Assembly: GCA_032718475.1 (NCBI GenBank)
Contig: JAUCBJ010002158.1
Location: 1-53,631, forward strand
From: Nemertoderma westbladi
Lineage: Eukaryota; Animalia; Xenacoelomorpha
Length of the DNA: 53,631 nt
Direction of reading: 5' to 3'
Shown one piece after another: positions 12,819 to 26,377 of this stretch. The first letter of the stretch is position 1, and each line of letters begins with the position of its first letter. Under the pieces are notes generated by a model. It searched no databases. It was not told the origin of the DNA and saw only the letters and a list, made by a program, of their open reading frames with translations. Position numbers and translations under genes: made by a program.

Positions 12819-15300
12819 CGGTAAACGAACTTGATCCTGCAGGGTGTGACTTTGATAGTTTGAGGAACTTATATCTATGCGAACTTGGGTTCTATAGGGG
12901 AAAGTGGGGGAATTAGAAACACTTTTTGGATTTTAAAAAATTAAAAGTGCCCTCATTTCTACACAAACATTCATAGAGGAAATATAACTATAGATTTGGA
13001 ATTATGCATCTCTCTGCTAACAATAGAACATCCTATCTCGTCTGCCTATCACTATCTGGTAGTGACAGGCAGACGAGATTTTTTTTAAGTCGAGATTGTT
13101 TCCATTTACCCCACAATGGGGTAAATGGAAACAGGGTTTGCCTCCCAATAGTTAAATCAACCAGAAATTCACATGGGGTAATTGGAATATTTCTAATTAC
13201 CACATGGGAATGTAGATTAAATTGCGCACAATTTGATATATAACATGTCTATGTTGCCACATATGTTTAATATTTAAAGTGTTTCACAAACCTTCAACAA
13301 TTAACAGAGATATGCATGTTTGTGAATAAATGACATCCAGCAACAATATGGATATATTAAAATTAATTATAGCTCTTTATATAACTAAATTAAACTTAAT
13401 TTATTTAAATTCAAATGAATTAGCTTAACTTAAATTAAAATTAGAATTTCTTGTTGGTTCAGCACAGCCCCATTCCCGCTTTTCCTATTACCACCAGATA
13501 TTGGGCCAATGTTTCCTCGTTGGCTTTTCCAAGAAAACATCTACGCACCTGACCTATATAATTAGCGATCACTATATTTAAGTTTCTTGTTCCCAGAGGG
13601 TACCCCCAGGAATTCCAAAGGTATATGCAGCCTTCCGAATAGTGGCATGACCACTGGAAATGGTGCTTTAAGGCAGCAGATAGAGATTCCATAGAGTATG
13701 ACGCCCAGGCAACGCAGGCAGCCATGAAGTTTTGCGTAAAATTGAGGGAAAAGAGCAAGTTACAGAGGCTGGCTTTTCTAACCCAAACAATAAACGGCCA
13801 CTTTCCCAAATGAGGAAAAGGAGCAGATTACAGAGGCATGCTTTTCTAACCAAAACAATAAATGGCCACTTTACCAATTGAGGGAAAGCAGCAGGTTACC
13901 TAGGTGGGCTATTCTAACCAAAACAATAAACGATTACTTTACCAATTGAGGGAAACCATATGGTCAGACTTCTAGTCAGCTAGTAGTCATTAGTCACATG
14001 GTCAGACTGTCAGTAGTCACTCTATAACCAAAAAAATCAGGCACTCAAGCAATAGGCAGATAGGTACCGGTGCGCAGCTGTATGACAATTAGAAACTGTT
14101 GAAAAGGACGGTCCCCAAAGTAACAGGACCAGCTAAAAAAATTAATGTTTCCAATTACCCCATGGCACTAAAATTTGACCATTTTTAAATTATGTTGAAC
14201 AAACAAATTTTTAATTATGCTATCATTAAATTAGGTTGTCTACTGAATAGATGACATAATAAGCTTTAAATTAAGCTATTGCTTAATATAATTGGAATAA
14301 GACATCGCTCACAATCCATTTGTGAAGTTGCAAAAAAATAATCGAAAATTTGATTTTTTTTTCATCTTTTATACAATCAGCCATTTGACAATGAAGAAGT
14401 GAAAATAAACGCCATATTCCTATTGGAAAAATAATCACCAATAATTTATCTCAATAAACATCAAAATTTCAAGTCTATACATACAAAATCATGCATGTAG
14501 TAGCCATTGCTTCTAATTACCCCATGTTTCTAATTCCCCCACCTTCCCCTATATGCGAACATAGATCCTATATCTGGCAGTCTGGTTGAACTTAGATCCT
14601 AACTAAGTGAACTTAGATCCTATCCGGTAGTCCGGGCTCTGGGGGGGCTTAGATCCTAACGACTGAACTAGGTGAACTCAGAACTTAGATCCCAAATTTA
14701 CACAAATTGCTTAGCACACGCTAGACTGCTAGAGGAGAGGCGAACTTAGATCCCACATCACGTAGTGCTGGCCACGTTCAATTGATATTATAGTACCGGT
14801 ATTGTACTGTGTTACATTTTACATTAACAGATTAAGCATATAAAAGTACTTACAGACTTATAATGATCTAATGCAAATAAGTCATACACTCAAGAGTAGT
14901 TGCGATTAGTTACTCACCAATGAACTATAATTTGCAAATTAATAGCTAATTCGGTGCAATGTATTATTTATTATTATTATGGTAGTAGGATCTATAAGTT
15001 CACTTCCCTTCAAGCGTGATAATATTTACAGTAAGGTCTGCTGGTCTATGGCAGTATGGGGATGACGTTTTTACATTAACTGATTAACACAGCTATGGTA
15101 CAGCAATATACTGATATATACAGATATATGCAAGGTGGAATCTAAGTTCGTATGTTGAGGATCGAAGTTCATATGGGAAGGATCTAAGTTCGTATGGCAG
15201 TATGGGAAGTATCTAAGTTCGCTTGGCTGCCTGGAAAGGATCTAAGTTCGAATGGGAAGGATCTAAGTTCACCCAAGATCTAAGTTCGTTCAGGGTCTAA
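12819..15300. mobile_element. Element with direct GAACTTAGATCC units on the left and inverted GGATCTAAGTTC units on the right, interrupted by 12897-14549
   Basis: Units at about 12827-12890 and 14556-14753; inverted units at about 15138-15290. Ends are approximate. Confidence 0.55.
12897..14549. mobile_element. TA(TA)-flanked non-autonomous TIR element
   Basis: GGGGAAAGTGGGGGAATTAGAAAC at the left and GTTTCTAATTCCCCCACCTTCCCC at the right, with TATA on both sides. Internal repeat of about 70 bp at 13740-13955. Confidence 0.75.
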
Positions 15301-17053
15301 CTGTCTAAGGTGCTATAGAATCTAAAGCGGTTACTTATGCAGTAGACAGGTAGATGTGTGGCACAAAGTCGGCATTTAATAAAACAAAAGGCACTGGTAA
15401 TGAATGACCACCTCTGGCTGTCTGGAAGTACTAACACTAACACAACAACTGGAACTAAGTCTTCTTCAAGCTAAGCAGGTGATGGTGATAGCGAATTCTT
15501 AAAAAAAGGTCAGAATGTATAGTTATACACAAACAGAGACAAAGTATTGAAATTTATAATGTGATCAAATCTTACATTGTTGTATGGCCCAGAGCAGGGC
15601 GTTTCTTAGGTAGTTACAGAGTTAAGAAGATATCATATCAAGGTTAACATTAAGGTATTCGTATATTGGATAGCACAAGTACTGTACCTACTGTACGTAC
15701 ACCATATACTACACACACAAGCACATGCAACTCACTAGAATGTATAATGTCACATCACAGCTGTCACAGCATGACACTGACACATTTACAACAAAAGTTC
15801 GGTAAATATACCAATATACAGATATATGCCTGCAAGCTGCAACTCAGCAACTACAACCACTCTCTCTCCAGCTCTCTGCCAGTCTGCAGCTGCTCTTCCT
15901 CTATCAGAATAAAAAATGCCAAAAACGGCAGGTCAAAAACTTCCAATTTTGGAACTAGAGGTTACAGTATCAAAATTTTAATCATAAAAAACCAAAAGCA
16001 TGGTGAATTTTTTTTTATCTCGGTCAAAAGTTTCTAAATGCATCAAAATATAATTTTTTGTAAAATTTAGTTAACCCCAGCCAATATTGGCTGACCCTGG
16101 ACAGAAAATATATCAAAAATTCCAATTTTGGCATGAAAACTTCCAATTTTGAAAAATGCCAATTTTGGCATAGATCAGCTCTACATGTCAATATTGACAA
16201 TGTGCCCGACTGTATATGGTATACAGCTATACTGTAAACCTACTCTTAGCACTGTCTGGCTGTGGACAAATGGAAACGGACAGATTGAGCATTACCATTA
16301 AAAACATACAGACATGACTTGTTTCAAAAGTTTTTCAATTGTCAGATTCTTAGGTAGGCTAATGCTGTAATGACGTGAATCCGTACCAGTCAGCCAGTGG
16401 GGGCAATTTTTTGTTGATTTTCCCTATGCCGGTGGTGAAACACTTATGCTTTTAAAATTAGGCCCTACCATTATGGCTATTTATCTATGCCTATGGAGAA
16501 AGACATATACTTTTAATTACCATTCTGCTATTTATCTATGCCTGCCTACCTGCGGCTGCGGGGAAATACTTATACTTTTAATTACCATTCTGCTGTTCTG
16601 GCTATTTATCTATGCCCTTGATGAAACACTTTAATAACTATTTTAAACTATATATGATATTTAAAAATTTTATGTTGATTTTAATTTAATAAACCGAAAA
16701 TAAGAGGCCTACCGGTATCCTATATAATTTTTGCAACCGGGAGCCATGCCACTAGACTGCTAGATGATCTTGTAGCTTGTGGTTCCTTACTGCTGTACTG
16801 CGAGCGCAGTTACCTCTGTCTGTCTGTACCTTTAAAGACTCGCACTTTATATCAAGGTCAATATTCAATAGGTTGGACTTTGGACGCGGTAGCCCAGTGT
16901 AACGGTAGGCAGGTAGGTGGTAGGATACCAGGCTACAAAGACAAAGTACTGTACAGGCCTAAAAGTACAGAGAGCCTGAAAGGTAACGGTACGGAATGCT
17001 GTACAGCAGTAATTACAGACAGTAGGCATACCCTCCATATCCATTGCACAATG

Positions 17054-19113
17054 CAGTAGGGAACACATGCCCGAATTGGCAGCACAGACGCACTGCCATT
17101 TTTGAAAAATGCACTGCCATATTAGGCAGTTTTACCCTAAATTTCGGATAAAATGTGAATTTTTATCAACTTCCTGCTGGAAGGGCCCCATTTTTATTTC
17201 ATTGGATGAAAATATGATATATATTGGAGGTAAATTCAAAATGTAGTAGGAGTTTCATGGTTGGGTTTTGGAGATATTTGACATTGAAAATTGCAAGTCA
17301 AAAACATGCACTGCCTAAAATGGCAGTTATGGTATTGAATTAGTTTCTTCTGTCTGACTGTAGGAGAGCTGGAGAGCCTGGTAATGCCAGGCATACTTCA
17401 GTCCTTCAGAGTTTATCTATCTCTGTCTGTACTGTATCTGCTAAACAGCCCATCTATCTACAGTATATAAGACTATCCTTTTGAAAGCAATTTATATTTT
17501 TTATTTTTGTTAGTTATTCAGTTAACTGGTTAACAATTTACACAGTCACTGACGGTAATTTATTAATATATTTATTATACTATATAAAATATTAATATAT
17601 ATGTGGCCATTATAACAATATGTATTATAGGCCTATAGTTTGTTAATATTAAAAGTTACGGTTCGCTAATGATAAAATTTATGTTTATTGACTGATTGAT
17701 ATGGTAACTGATAATTATTGATAGTAAATATTTAGTAATAAAATCATTAGGCCTAATATATATCATATTTAAAAATGTCATATCTTTAAGGGGTCTGTAC
17801 AGAAATTTACCTCCCCTTGATAAATTTATTGTTTAATAATTTATGGATGTAGAAAGAAATTTCTTATAAGGCACTGTTTAAGGATTAACTGATAAGGCAT
17901 TATTTGTTAACAAAATACAAATTACTGTATAAGAAGTCATCATCAGAACATTAGTAAGAAATAATTAAATCCAATTTAGATACTAAAAAATAGTCTAAAT
18001 TTAGATTTACACATTCACACACAAAATTTATATAATAAACTAGTATTTTGATACAGTATGACTTACCGGCTGACCAGTAATCTAAAATTGATATAAATCA
18101 ATTAATTGTAAACAGTATTATGTTGGTTTTACAGTAGATGGAAAACGTAAAATATAGATAGAGTGAGCATGAGCAATGAGTAAAACCAACATAAATATAA
18201 AATAATAATAAAGATAAAGATAATATATTCTAACAAACACATGTTGCAACAGTATATTTTTTCAAAGCAAAATTTGATACTAATGTTTTTGTGTACAAGT
18301 ACAATAGGCTGATAGGCTGGCTGTGAGTGGCTGGATAGATTAAAACGTTAATAGTAAAACATGTAGAGTAAAACAAACATAATGCTGAATATCTACAAAA
18401 TAAAAATATTACAAATTAAAAATTAAAATTAACAAGCTCTATCTGCATATTGCGATAGGCCTAGTATAAATTAAGCTAAAACTGAGATGAGCGTTTATGT
18501 TTACAATAGGCAATAGGAGTATGTAGATTAAAACACATACAAAGTCATACATTCGACAATAGTAAAGGATGTAGAGAATGCAATACAAACCAACATACCA
18601 TATAGGCCTACAGATATAATATTTACAAATTCGGGAGAAAAATGATCGGTTCTTTCTTTTTCCAACTTTCCCAGTCTACTGGTGTTTCAAACTGTGAAAA
18701 ATTGATTTATAAAATCTGTTGAATATAGGTTATTTATACAGTTATATATATATTGTTTCCATCAGAATTGCTGAATTGTATGTAATGCTGAATGCATTTT
18801 CTGATTTTGCACTGCTAGTTCAAACAGTATGCTGCTATATTAAGCAGAACACTGCTATTTTGGGCAGTGCATGCTTTTGACTAGCAATTTTCAAAGTCTG
18901 ATGTTTCTAAAACCCAACTGTGAAAGTCTACCAAATTTTCTATTTACCTTGCAATACATATTATATTTTCATCCCATGAAATAAAAAAGGGGCCCTTCGA
19001 GCAGGAAGTTAATAAAAATTGACATTTTATCAGAAATTTAGGCTAAAACTGCCTAATATGGCAGTGCATTTTGCAAAGTCTGCACTGCCTGTTCGGGCAT
19101 GTGTTCCCTACTG
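17054..19113. mobile_element. Non-autonomous TIR element with CAGT termini and a 5-bp TSD (CAATG)
   Basis: TIR CAGTAGGGAACACATGCCCGAA, with subterminal symmetry over about 280 bp. CAATG at 17049-17053 and 19114-19118. The empty site in duplicate copy B (about 25821-25840) has a single CAATG. Confidence 0.9.
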
Positions 19114-20523
19114 CAATGTACTGGACATATGATTTTGGCCTATGTGTTGTGTGTAGTCCACCTCAGGACTGCAGGAGGAGTGCGTACTACATGAAAAATA
19201 TACATTGGGACAATATTTTTTCTCACGTGCTCCACAAAGGGAAAATCGATCTCTCATGACAAATGTTTTTAACATCATTAAGTAGGCCTACCTATGCTGG
19301 ACTCTCTGTATATCGAATTTCAGTTATATTTAATGAAAATTGAGTAAAAAATGTCGCTCATTTTAAAATTAGATTTTTTGCAAAAAATATAAGAACTCTT
19401 GAGTTTGTGACGTGCTGCGCGAAGCGGTATTAGCAATATATTGAAATTTTTGTTTTCCAAGTTGGTCACTATAGGTTGAACAAAGCCTGTTAAAATTTTA
19501 GGAGCGTTCTGATATAAAATGTTGACAGTGGAGTGTGGAGAGGAGTGTATCACTGGTACACGGATTCAGGATAGAGCGCGCAATTTAATGAGATCTGAAT
19601 TTGAAAACAGTCGGTTTGCCTACTTCTGTACTTTTTAAATGCTGAAATGTTAAAATTTTCGGGGTAAATCTTTTCGACCTACGCGTAGGCCTACGCGTAG
19701 CTACGCGTAGTTCGCAACATTGTCATATATCACCAGTTTCAGAGTTTTAACAATAACTACGCGTAGGTCCTACGCGACCTACGCATAGGTGCTACCCATA
19801 ACTATGCCTATACGTCGTTTATAATTAAGGCCTACGTATTCCACAGTCAGGGAGATCATCAAATTTGAGAATACCTCAAATTTCAAATTATAGACCCAAT
19901 TTTGGAATTACCTCAAATTTAATACAAGGTTAGGTTAATTCTCTAAATTTGAGTTTTACCCCAAATTTGAATTTCATAGCAGCATAGTCAGATACAGACA
20001 GAAGTCATAGTTGGCCTAGTTCAGTAGTTGTTAGCTTGTTACTGTATTGCAAAGTTAAAAAAATAAACTGATGTATGTAGGCCTAGTGTCTGAGTGTTGT
20101 GAAATATAATATTTAAAACATATTCAGTATTAGTTTAAAAAGGCTTATACTTAAAAAGGATACTTACTGGTAGGGGTGCAGTGGGGTGGTGGTGGTATGA
20201 TCAGATGGTAGACATATAAAACGAAGTACAGAGCTTAAAGAACTTATATTTTTATATTGTTACTTTTTTGCTTGAATATGCCCTAAAATCGTGAGAAAAA
20301 GTAGTAGGCCTACTTTTTTCCCTAATGGTAGGGAAAAAGTTGTCCCCATAATATCTGAATATTGTACGGTAACTTTTTGTTGGGCACAGCTTTTGCAAAG
20401 TCGGCAACACAGCAACCTGCAATAATATTGAATAATATTGCCACATAATAATGTACCATGTAGAGCCATAATTTTGCATTGATTTTACTTTTTCTCCCGG
20501 TAAAAAAAGTAAAATAAAACATT

Positions 20524-20796
20524 GGCACTTGTATCAAATAGGGGACCCTCCTACTGTCCTAGCTCCTAATCTGCTAATCCTGAAATCACCTAAACTAAAG
20601 TCACTTTCACTAGTGCCCGATTACAGGGTTAGCAAAGGAGCAGAGCAGGTTACAGAGGTGAGTTGAAAGTAACCAAAAAACAATAAACAAGAGTTAGGAA
20701 TATTGATATCACCTGCACTAAATTTCAGGATTAGCTGGTGATTTCAGGATTAGCAGGAGGGCTGGAGGGTCACCTATTTGATTTGACACAAGTGCC
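20524..20796. mobile_element. Short MITE
   Basis: GGCACTTGTATCAAATAGGGGACCCTC at the left and GAGGGTCACCTATTTGATTTGACACAAGTGCC at the right, with internal symmetry. Confidence 0.7.
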
Positions 20797-21039
20797 AAAA
20801 TATTTATGGTGGAATTTCTAAAATCTCATTGAATGTGTTGATCAACATTTTGATCGAAATTTGAGCAAAATCCATCCCTACACACTATTGCAATGCAACT
20901 TTAGTGCCTGCAAGGTGTACTCCAGAGATGAGATAAAACCTCGAGAATAGGTTAGTGAAAAAGGTTATACTTTTTGACCAAGTTATAAATGATTCTGGTT
21001 CCTCATAAGGTCAAATTAAAAGGATGTATGTATATGTAT

Positions 21040-21210
21040 AGTATAAACAAACAGTCACTTAGATTTCTAAAACATTTCAGATGTCTTGATAAGAAATCAG
21101 AGTCTAAAGACTGTTTAAAAGAATAGCGATTAGTGATGATGATGTTTCTACTGTGTTCCAGGTCCAGCATGTTCCATATGTTAATGACCCTGATAAAGAA
21201 GAGGTGATGT
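21040..21210 (-). pseudogene. Decayed 3' end of a CR1/L2-like LINE ORF2
   Basis: The translation FFIRVINIWNML...SFKQSLD resembles the F-x2-RV-x3-WN-x-L...FK-x2-L C-terminal motif of CR1-group elements. Confidence 0.5.
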
Positions 21211-21739
21211 ATGGAACATGTAGACATGGCAGCATGGGCAGATGGGCGGGGCATGGCCTTTGCTTCATAATTTTATATATATGGCCAGGTCATGATTGCA
21301 TTGGATGTCTGGCTGGGATATTAAAATAGTCTGGGAGGATGTTGCACATTATTGTAATGGAGGATCAGGTTTATATCTTTACATATAAGTTTAAAGCACA
21401 TTATCAAATTGAACTTTAATTGATGTATACTGCAGTAGGTAGTGGTTCCAACTTTAGAGTCTCCAGTCGTATAGAATAACTAACAAATGAATCAAGTCCA
21501 CATATATTGTATAAACCACGTCAACCTTTGCGGCAACATTTGTCTAGAAATGGGCTCCAAACTGTGGAAGAATGATGGTACAGTATTCCAATTGACAGAT
21601 AGAGCTAGGGCAGGCGAATATTACATAAGTCTTCAAGCTGTCAGGAGAAGAATGGCTTCATTTGATATACAAAGTTTTAAAGAGGACATCAACAACTAGA
21701 GAACATATTTTTTTCCCGAAGATGTGTGATATGAATGAT

Positions 21740-23214
21740 CAGTTAGGTACAATGGCCAAATCTGGCAACCTCAAAAGTTGCCACATATGGCAATGTTTAT
21801 TGCCAAATCTGGCAACTTTTGGTTTTTCTAATTTTCGCACGCCCAGAAGCAAAATCGCATTTTGGTAAATAGGTAAGTGAAAAGAGCGCGAAATTTAAAT
21901 ATAATTCACCGTATAAGAAAAAAAATCATCGTCTGAATTTCTCTTAGCAATAGGCCGAAATGTGCCTAAAATAATTATTGCCATTTTTGGCAACCATTAG
22001 AATTAAAGAAAAATAATGGTCAGATGGTTGCCATTTTTGGCAACAATTATCAATTATCATTGTGCAGCCATGTCAGTAACTTTGTCATTGTAAAGTACTT
22101 CAAAATTGCTTACTGCTTGCTTACACTTGTCGAGTTGTGATGATTTATAAACAAAACATTAGTTGATGAAATGTCAGAATGTATTTGACTGTTTGATATG
22201 TTGTTAATATGTTAATGGAAAGATGAATGAGTCTGTAACAGATTATCTGTTTGTACAGATACCGTACTGGTAGACTGGTATATGGCAGATATGGTATAGG
22301 CAGATAGGCATACACAAAACTAAAGAATCACATGCTTCAAAGGCTGAAGTGGAAATAAACGTAATAATATTTGACAACGTCAGAGCGTGAACAGGCATAA
22401 CGTGAACATCACCAAAAGGAAGCAAGAAGGCAAGGGGGCATTAAAGTTTGAGAAACGGCGTGACAGAAGAAAAATAGTGGCAAAATTTAGAAAGACTGAG
22501 AAAACCAAAACGCGTGTTAAGGGATTCAACCAAATTGTTTCTAGTAGGCCCTAATGAAAAACGGGATGAAATTATTTTCATTATATGTTTGTATGTTATG
22601 TTATGTACTGATGTAGGAATGGAAAGATAGATATACTGAACTGACATAAGAGCAGAAGAGTGAAGGATGATTTAGATTGCTGGGCAATTGTATCAGCATT
22701 ACACAGTTATAATCTTTAACTACTAAACTATTATTGGTACAAACAACAATCAACCACCTCCCCAAGTGCCAAGCAGCGCCAGAGATTACTAGCAAAAATA
22801 AACTATCACCAGTCAGTCTGTGTTTGTGTTATTGACTCTCATTCTCACCTCATTTATTAGGATATATTGCTGTATTGGTTAGAACTTAGAATATGCCACT
22901 ACCGGTCTGGTATAAGATAAGTATAACCTGTAACCTGGCCCTATCCCTTTTTTCTAGGCCTAACATTAACATTTCAGGATCTAAGGAATGACCATACTGC
23001 CATCAGGCCATAGAAGGACTTAATGACGCAGAACCATATCCCATATAGCCTAAGCCATACAGCCATATTCAATGAGTTAGTTAAGTTGCCAAATATGGCA
23101 ACAACGGCTTTATATAGTTGCCAAATCAGGCAATCAGAAATGTTGCCAGATTTTGCTTGGTTGCCAAATATGGCAATCACAATCATTGCCAGATTTGGCC
23201 ATTGTACCTAACTG
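21740..23214. mobile_element. Non-autonomous TIR element with CAGT termini and a 5-bp TSD (ATGAT)
   Basis: TIR CAGTTAGGTACAATGGCCAAATCTGGCAA. ATGAT at 21735-21739 and 23215-23219. Many TTGCCA-N4/5-TGGCAA subterminal palindromes. Confidence 0.85.
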
Positions 23215-26200
23215 ATGATGAACAGAACAGATGAATGCCAGAATATGTAAACTTCCAAATTCTGGAATTGGTTCAACATCTACAAGATATAATAGGCCTT
23301 CCTGAGTCTGTGACTGTGCAGCTGTGTGAGCTTGAATCTCGCAACAGTGAGGATTTGGTCTACTGTTCTTCTTACCAACAGTAAGGCTGTAAGGATAGTG
23401 AATTTATCTAGTCTTCTGCATTTTTCTCACCAATCACTAACGGAGTTATAAAGTTATTGACTGTAAGTTGCTGTGCTGTAAGGTTAAGCCTACCCTGCAT
23501 ACATGTCATGTCACAGGTTACACTGGTCACCCATTCTCACCAAGCTCTATAAGCACTAAGCAGCAAAGCCTACTGCTACACCCTACTGCTGGCAGGCTGG
23601 TGATGTTGTAGAGACTGGCGAAATTTGAGGTTTTGTCTCAAATTTGAGGTTTAACCTCAAATTTCAATTTTCGCCCCCAATAAAAGCATGTTTGCATCGG
23701 TGAAATATTTTATTGCATCGATAAAAGTTCTTATTTTACATTATATTTTAACATATTAAAAGTAGAAGTTGCTCCAACAGTTTCCCTAAGTCGCAGCAAC
23801 ACTCGATATTATGAGTCTAAAAATACCTCAAATTTGAACAAAAAACCCCAATTTTCGACAGTCTATTACCAGAATTCGAAATTTGGGGTAACCCCAAAAT
23901 TGATGATCTCCCTGACTGTTCCAAGCGGTTCAGTACTAAAATAAGACAATACGGTAGTATGTTCAATAAACAACCCACAACCATCAAATGCTTTCAACAG
24001 TAATGTATCCTATACCTGTATACTCTATATAGAGGAATACGCTAAGACTACATATTCTTCACTTTATGCGTTGCGGGCGGTAAAATGTGTTAATAATTAA
24101 TGTTTAGAGTTCAAAAATAGTTTACAATAAGGAAATAGGCCGATGGTTCTTATCGATTCTCTATGCTTTTTATTGCCTTTGTTCACGATAAGGCAAGGGA
24201 GGATATACTGTATTTAATATGTTAACCCCTTGACGAACTAAGTCTTCTTCAAGCTAAGCAGGTGATGGTGATAGCGAATTCTTAAAAAAAGGTCAGAATG
24301 TATAGTTATACACAAACAGAGACAAAGTATTGAAATTTATAATGTGATCAAATCTTACATTGTTGTATGGCCCAGAGCAGGGCGTTTCTTAGGTAGTTAC
24401 AGAGTTAAGAAGATATCATATCAAGGTTAACATTAAGGTATTCGTATATTGGATAGCACAAGTACTGTACCTACTGTACGTACACCATATACTACACACA
24501 CAAGCACATGCAACTCACTAGAATGTATAATGTCACATCACAGCTGTCACAGCATGACACTGACACATTTACAACAAAAGTTCGGTAAATATACCAATAT
24601 ACAGATATATGCCTGCAAGCTGCAACTCAGCAACTACAACCACTCTCTCTCCAGCTCTCTGCCAGTCTGCAGCTGCTCTTCCTCTATCAGAATAAAAAAT
24701 GCCAAAAACGGCAGGTCAAAAACTTCCAATTTTGGAACTAGAGGTTACAGTATCAAAATTTTAATCATAAAAAACCAAAAGCATGGTGAATTTTTTTTTA
24801 TCTCGGTCAAAAGTTTCTAAATGCATCAAAATATAATTTTTTGTAAAATTTAGTTAACCCCAGCCAATATTGGCTGACCCTGGACAGAAAATATATCAAA
24901 AATTCCAATTTTGGCATGAAAACTTCCAATTTTGAAAAATGCCAATTTTGGCATAGATCAGCTCTACATGTCAATATTGACAATGTGCCCGACTGTATAT
25001 GGTATACAGCTATACTGTAAACCTACTCTTAGCACTGTCTGGCTGTGGACAAATGGAAACGGACAGATTGAGCATTACCATTAAAAACATACAGACATGA
25101 CTTGTTTCAAAAGTTTTTCAATTGTCAGATTCTTAGGTAGGCTAATGCTGTAATGACCTGAATCCGTACCAGTCAGCCAGTGGGGGCAATTTTTTGTTGA
25201 TTTTCCCTATGCCGGTGGTGAAACACTTATGCTTTTAAAATTAGGCCCTAGCCCTACCATTATGGGTATTTATCTATGCCTATGGAGAAAGACATATACT
25301 TTTAATTACCATTCTGCTATTTATCTATGCCTGCCTACCTGCGGCTGCGGGGAAATACTTATACTTTTAATTACCATTCTGCTGTTCTGGCTATTTATCT
25401 ATGCCCTTGATGAAACACTTTAATAACTATTTTAAACTATATATGATATTTAAAAATTTTATGTTGATTTTAATTTAATAAACCGAAAATAAGAGGCCTA
25501 CCGGTATCCTATATAATTTTTGCAACCGGGAGCCATGCCACTAGACTGCTAGATGATCTTGTAGCTTGTGGTTCCTTACTGCTGTACTGCGAGCGCAGTT
25601 ACCTCTGTCTGTCTGTACCTTTAAAGACTCGCACTTTATATCAAGGTCAATATTCAATAGGTTGGACTTTGGACGCGGTAGCCCAGTGTAACGGTAGGTG
25701 GTAGGATACCAGGCTACAAAGACAAAGTACTGTACAGGCCTAAAAGTACAGAGAGCCTGAAAGGTAACGGTACGGAATGCTGTACAGCAGTAATTACAGA
25801 CAGTAGGCATACCCTCCATATCCATTGCACAATGTACTGGACATATGATTTTGGCCTATGTGTTGTGTGTAGTCCACCTCAGGACTGCAGGAGGAGTGCG
25901 TACTACATGAAAAATATACATTGGGACAATATTTTTTCTCACGTGCTCCACGAAGGGAAAATCGATCTCTCATGACAAATGTTTTTAACATCATTAAGTA
26001 GGCCTACCTATGCTGGACTCTCTGTATATCGAATTTCAGTTATATTTAATGAAAATTGAGTAAAAAATGTCGCTCATTTTAAAATTAGATTTTTTGCAAA
26101 AAATATAAGAACTCTTGAGTTTGTGACGTGCTGCGCGAAGCGGTATTAGCAATATATTGAAATTTTTGTTTTCCAAGTTGGTCACTATAGGTTGAACAAA

Positions 26201-26377
26201 GCCTGTTAAAATTTTAGGAGCGTTCTGATAAAAAATGTTGACAGTGGAGTGTGGAGAGGAGTGTATCACTGGTACACGGATTCAGGATAGAGCGCGCAAT
26301 TTAATGAGATCTGAATTTGAAAACAGTCGGTTTGCCTACTTCTGTACTTTTTAAATGCTGAAATGTTAAAATTTTCG

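Larger units (their letters stand above)
12631..16178. mobile_element. Older TIR element carrying nested insertions
   Basis: The left end CAGTGATCTATGCCAAAATTGGCAGTTTTCAAAAATGGAAG mirrors CTTCCAATTTTGAAAAATGCCAATTTTGGCATAGATCA at about 16140-16178. The right terminus is degenerate and no TSD is seen. Confidence 0.6.
19844..23918. mobile_element. Non-autonomous TIR element with CAGT termini, a 5-bp TSD (TTCCA) and nested insertions
   Basis: TIR CAGTCAGGGAGATCATCAA. TTCCA at 19839-19843 and 23919-23923. Empty site CGTATTCCAAGCGG at about 26595-26608. Subterminal CTCAAATTTGA repeats. Confidence 0.9.

Noticed and set aside
13459-13877. ORFs inside the 12897-14549 element as a transposase remnant
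   Set aside because: They derive partly from a 70-bp tandem repeat, and I recognised no DDE or DNA-binding motif.
15666-24820. Identical 123-aa ORFs suggesting a duplicated gene
   Set aside because: They overlap TIR-element sequence, have no motifs, and are explained by the tandem duplication.
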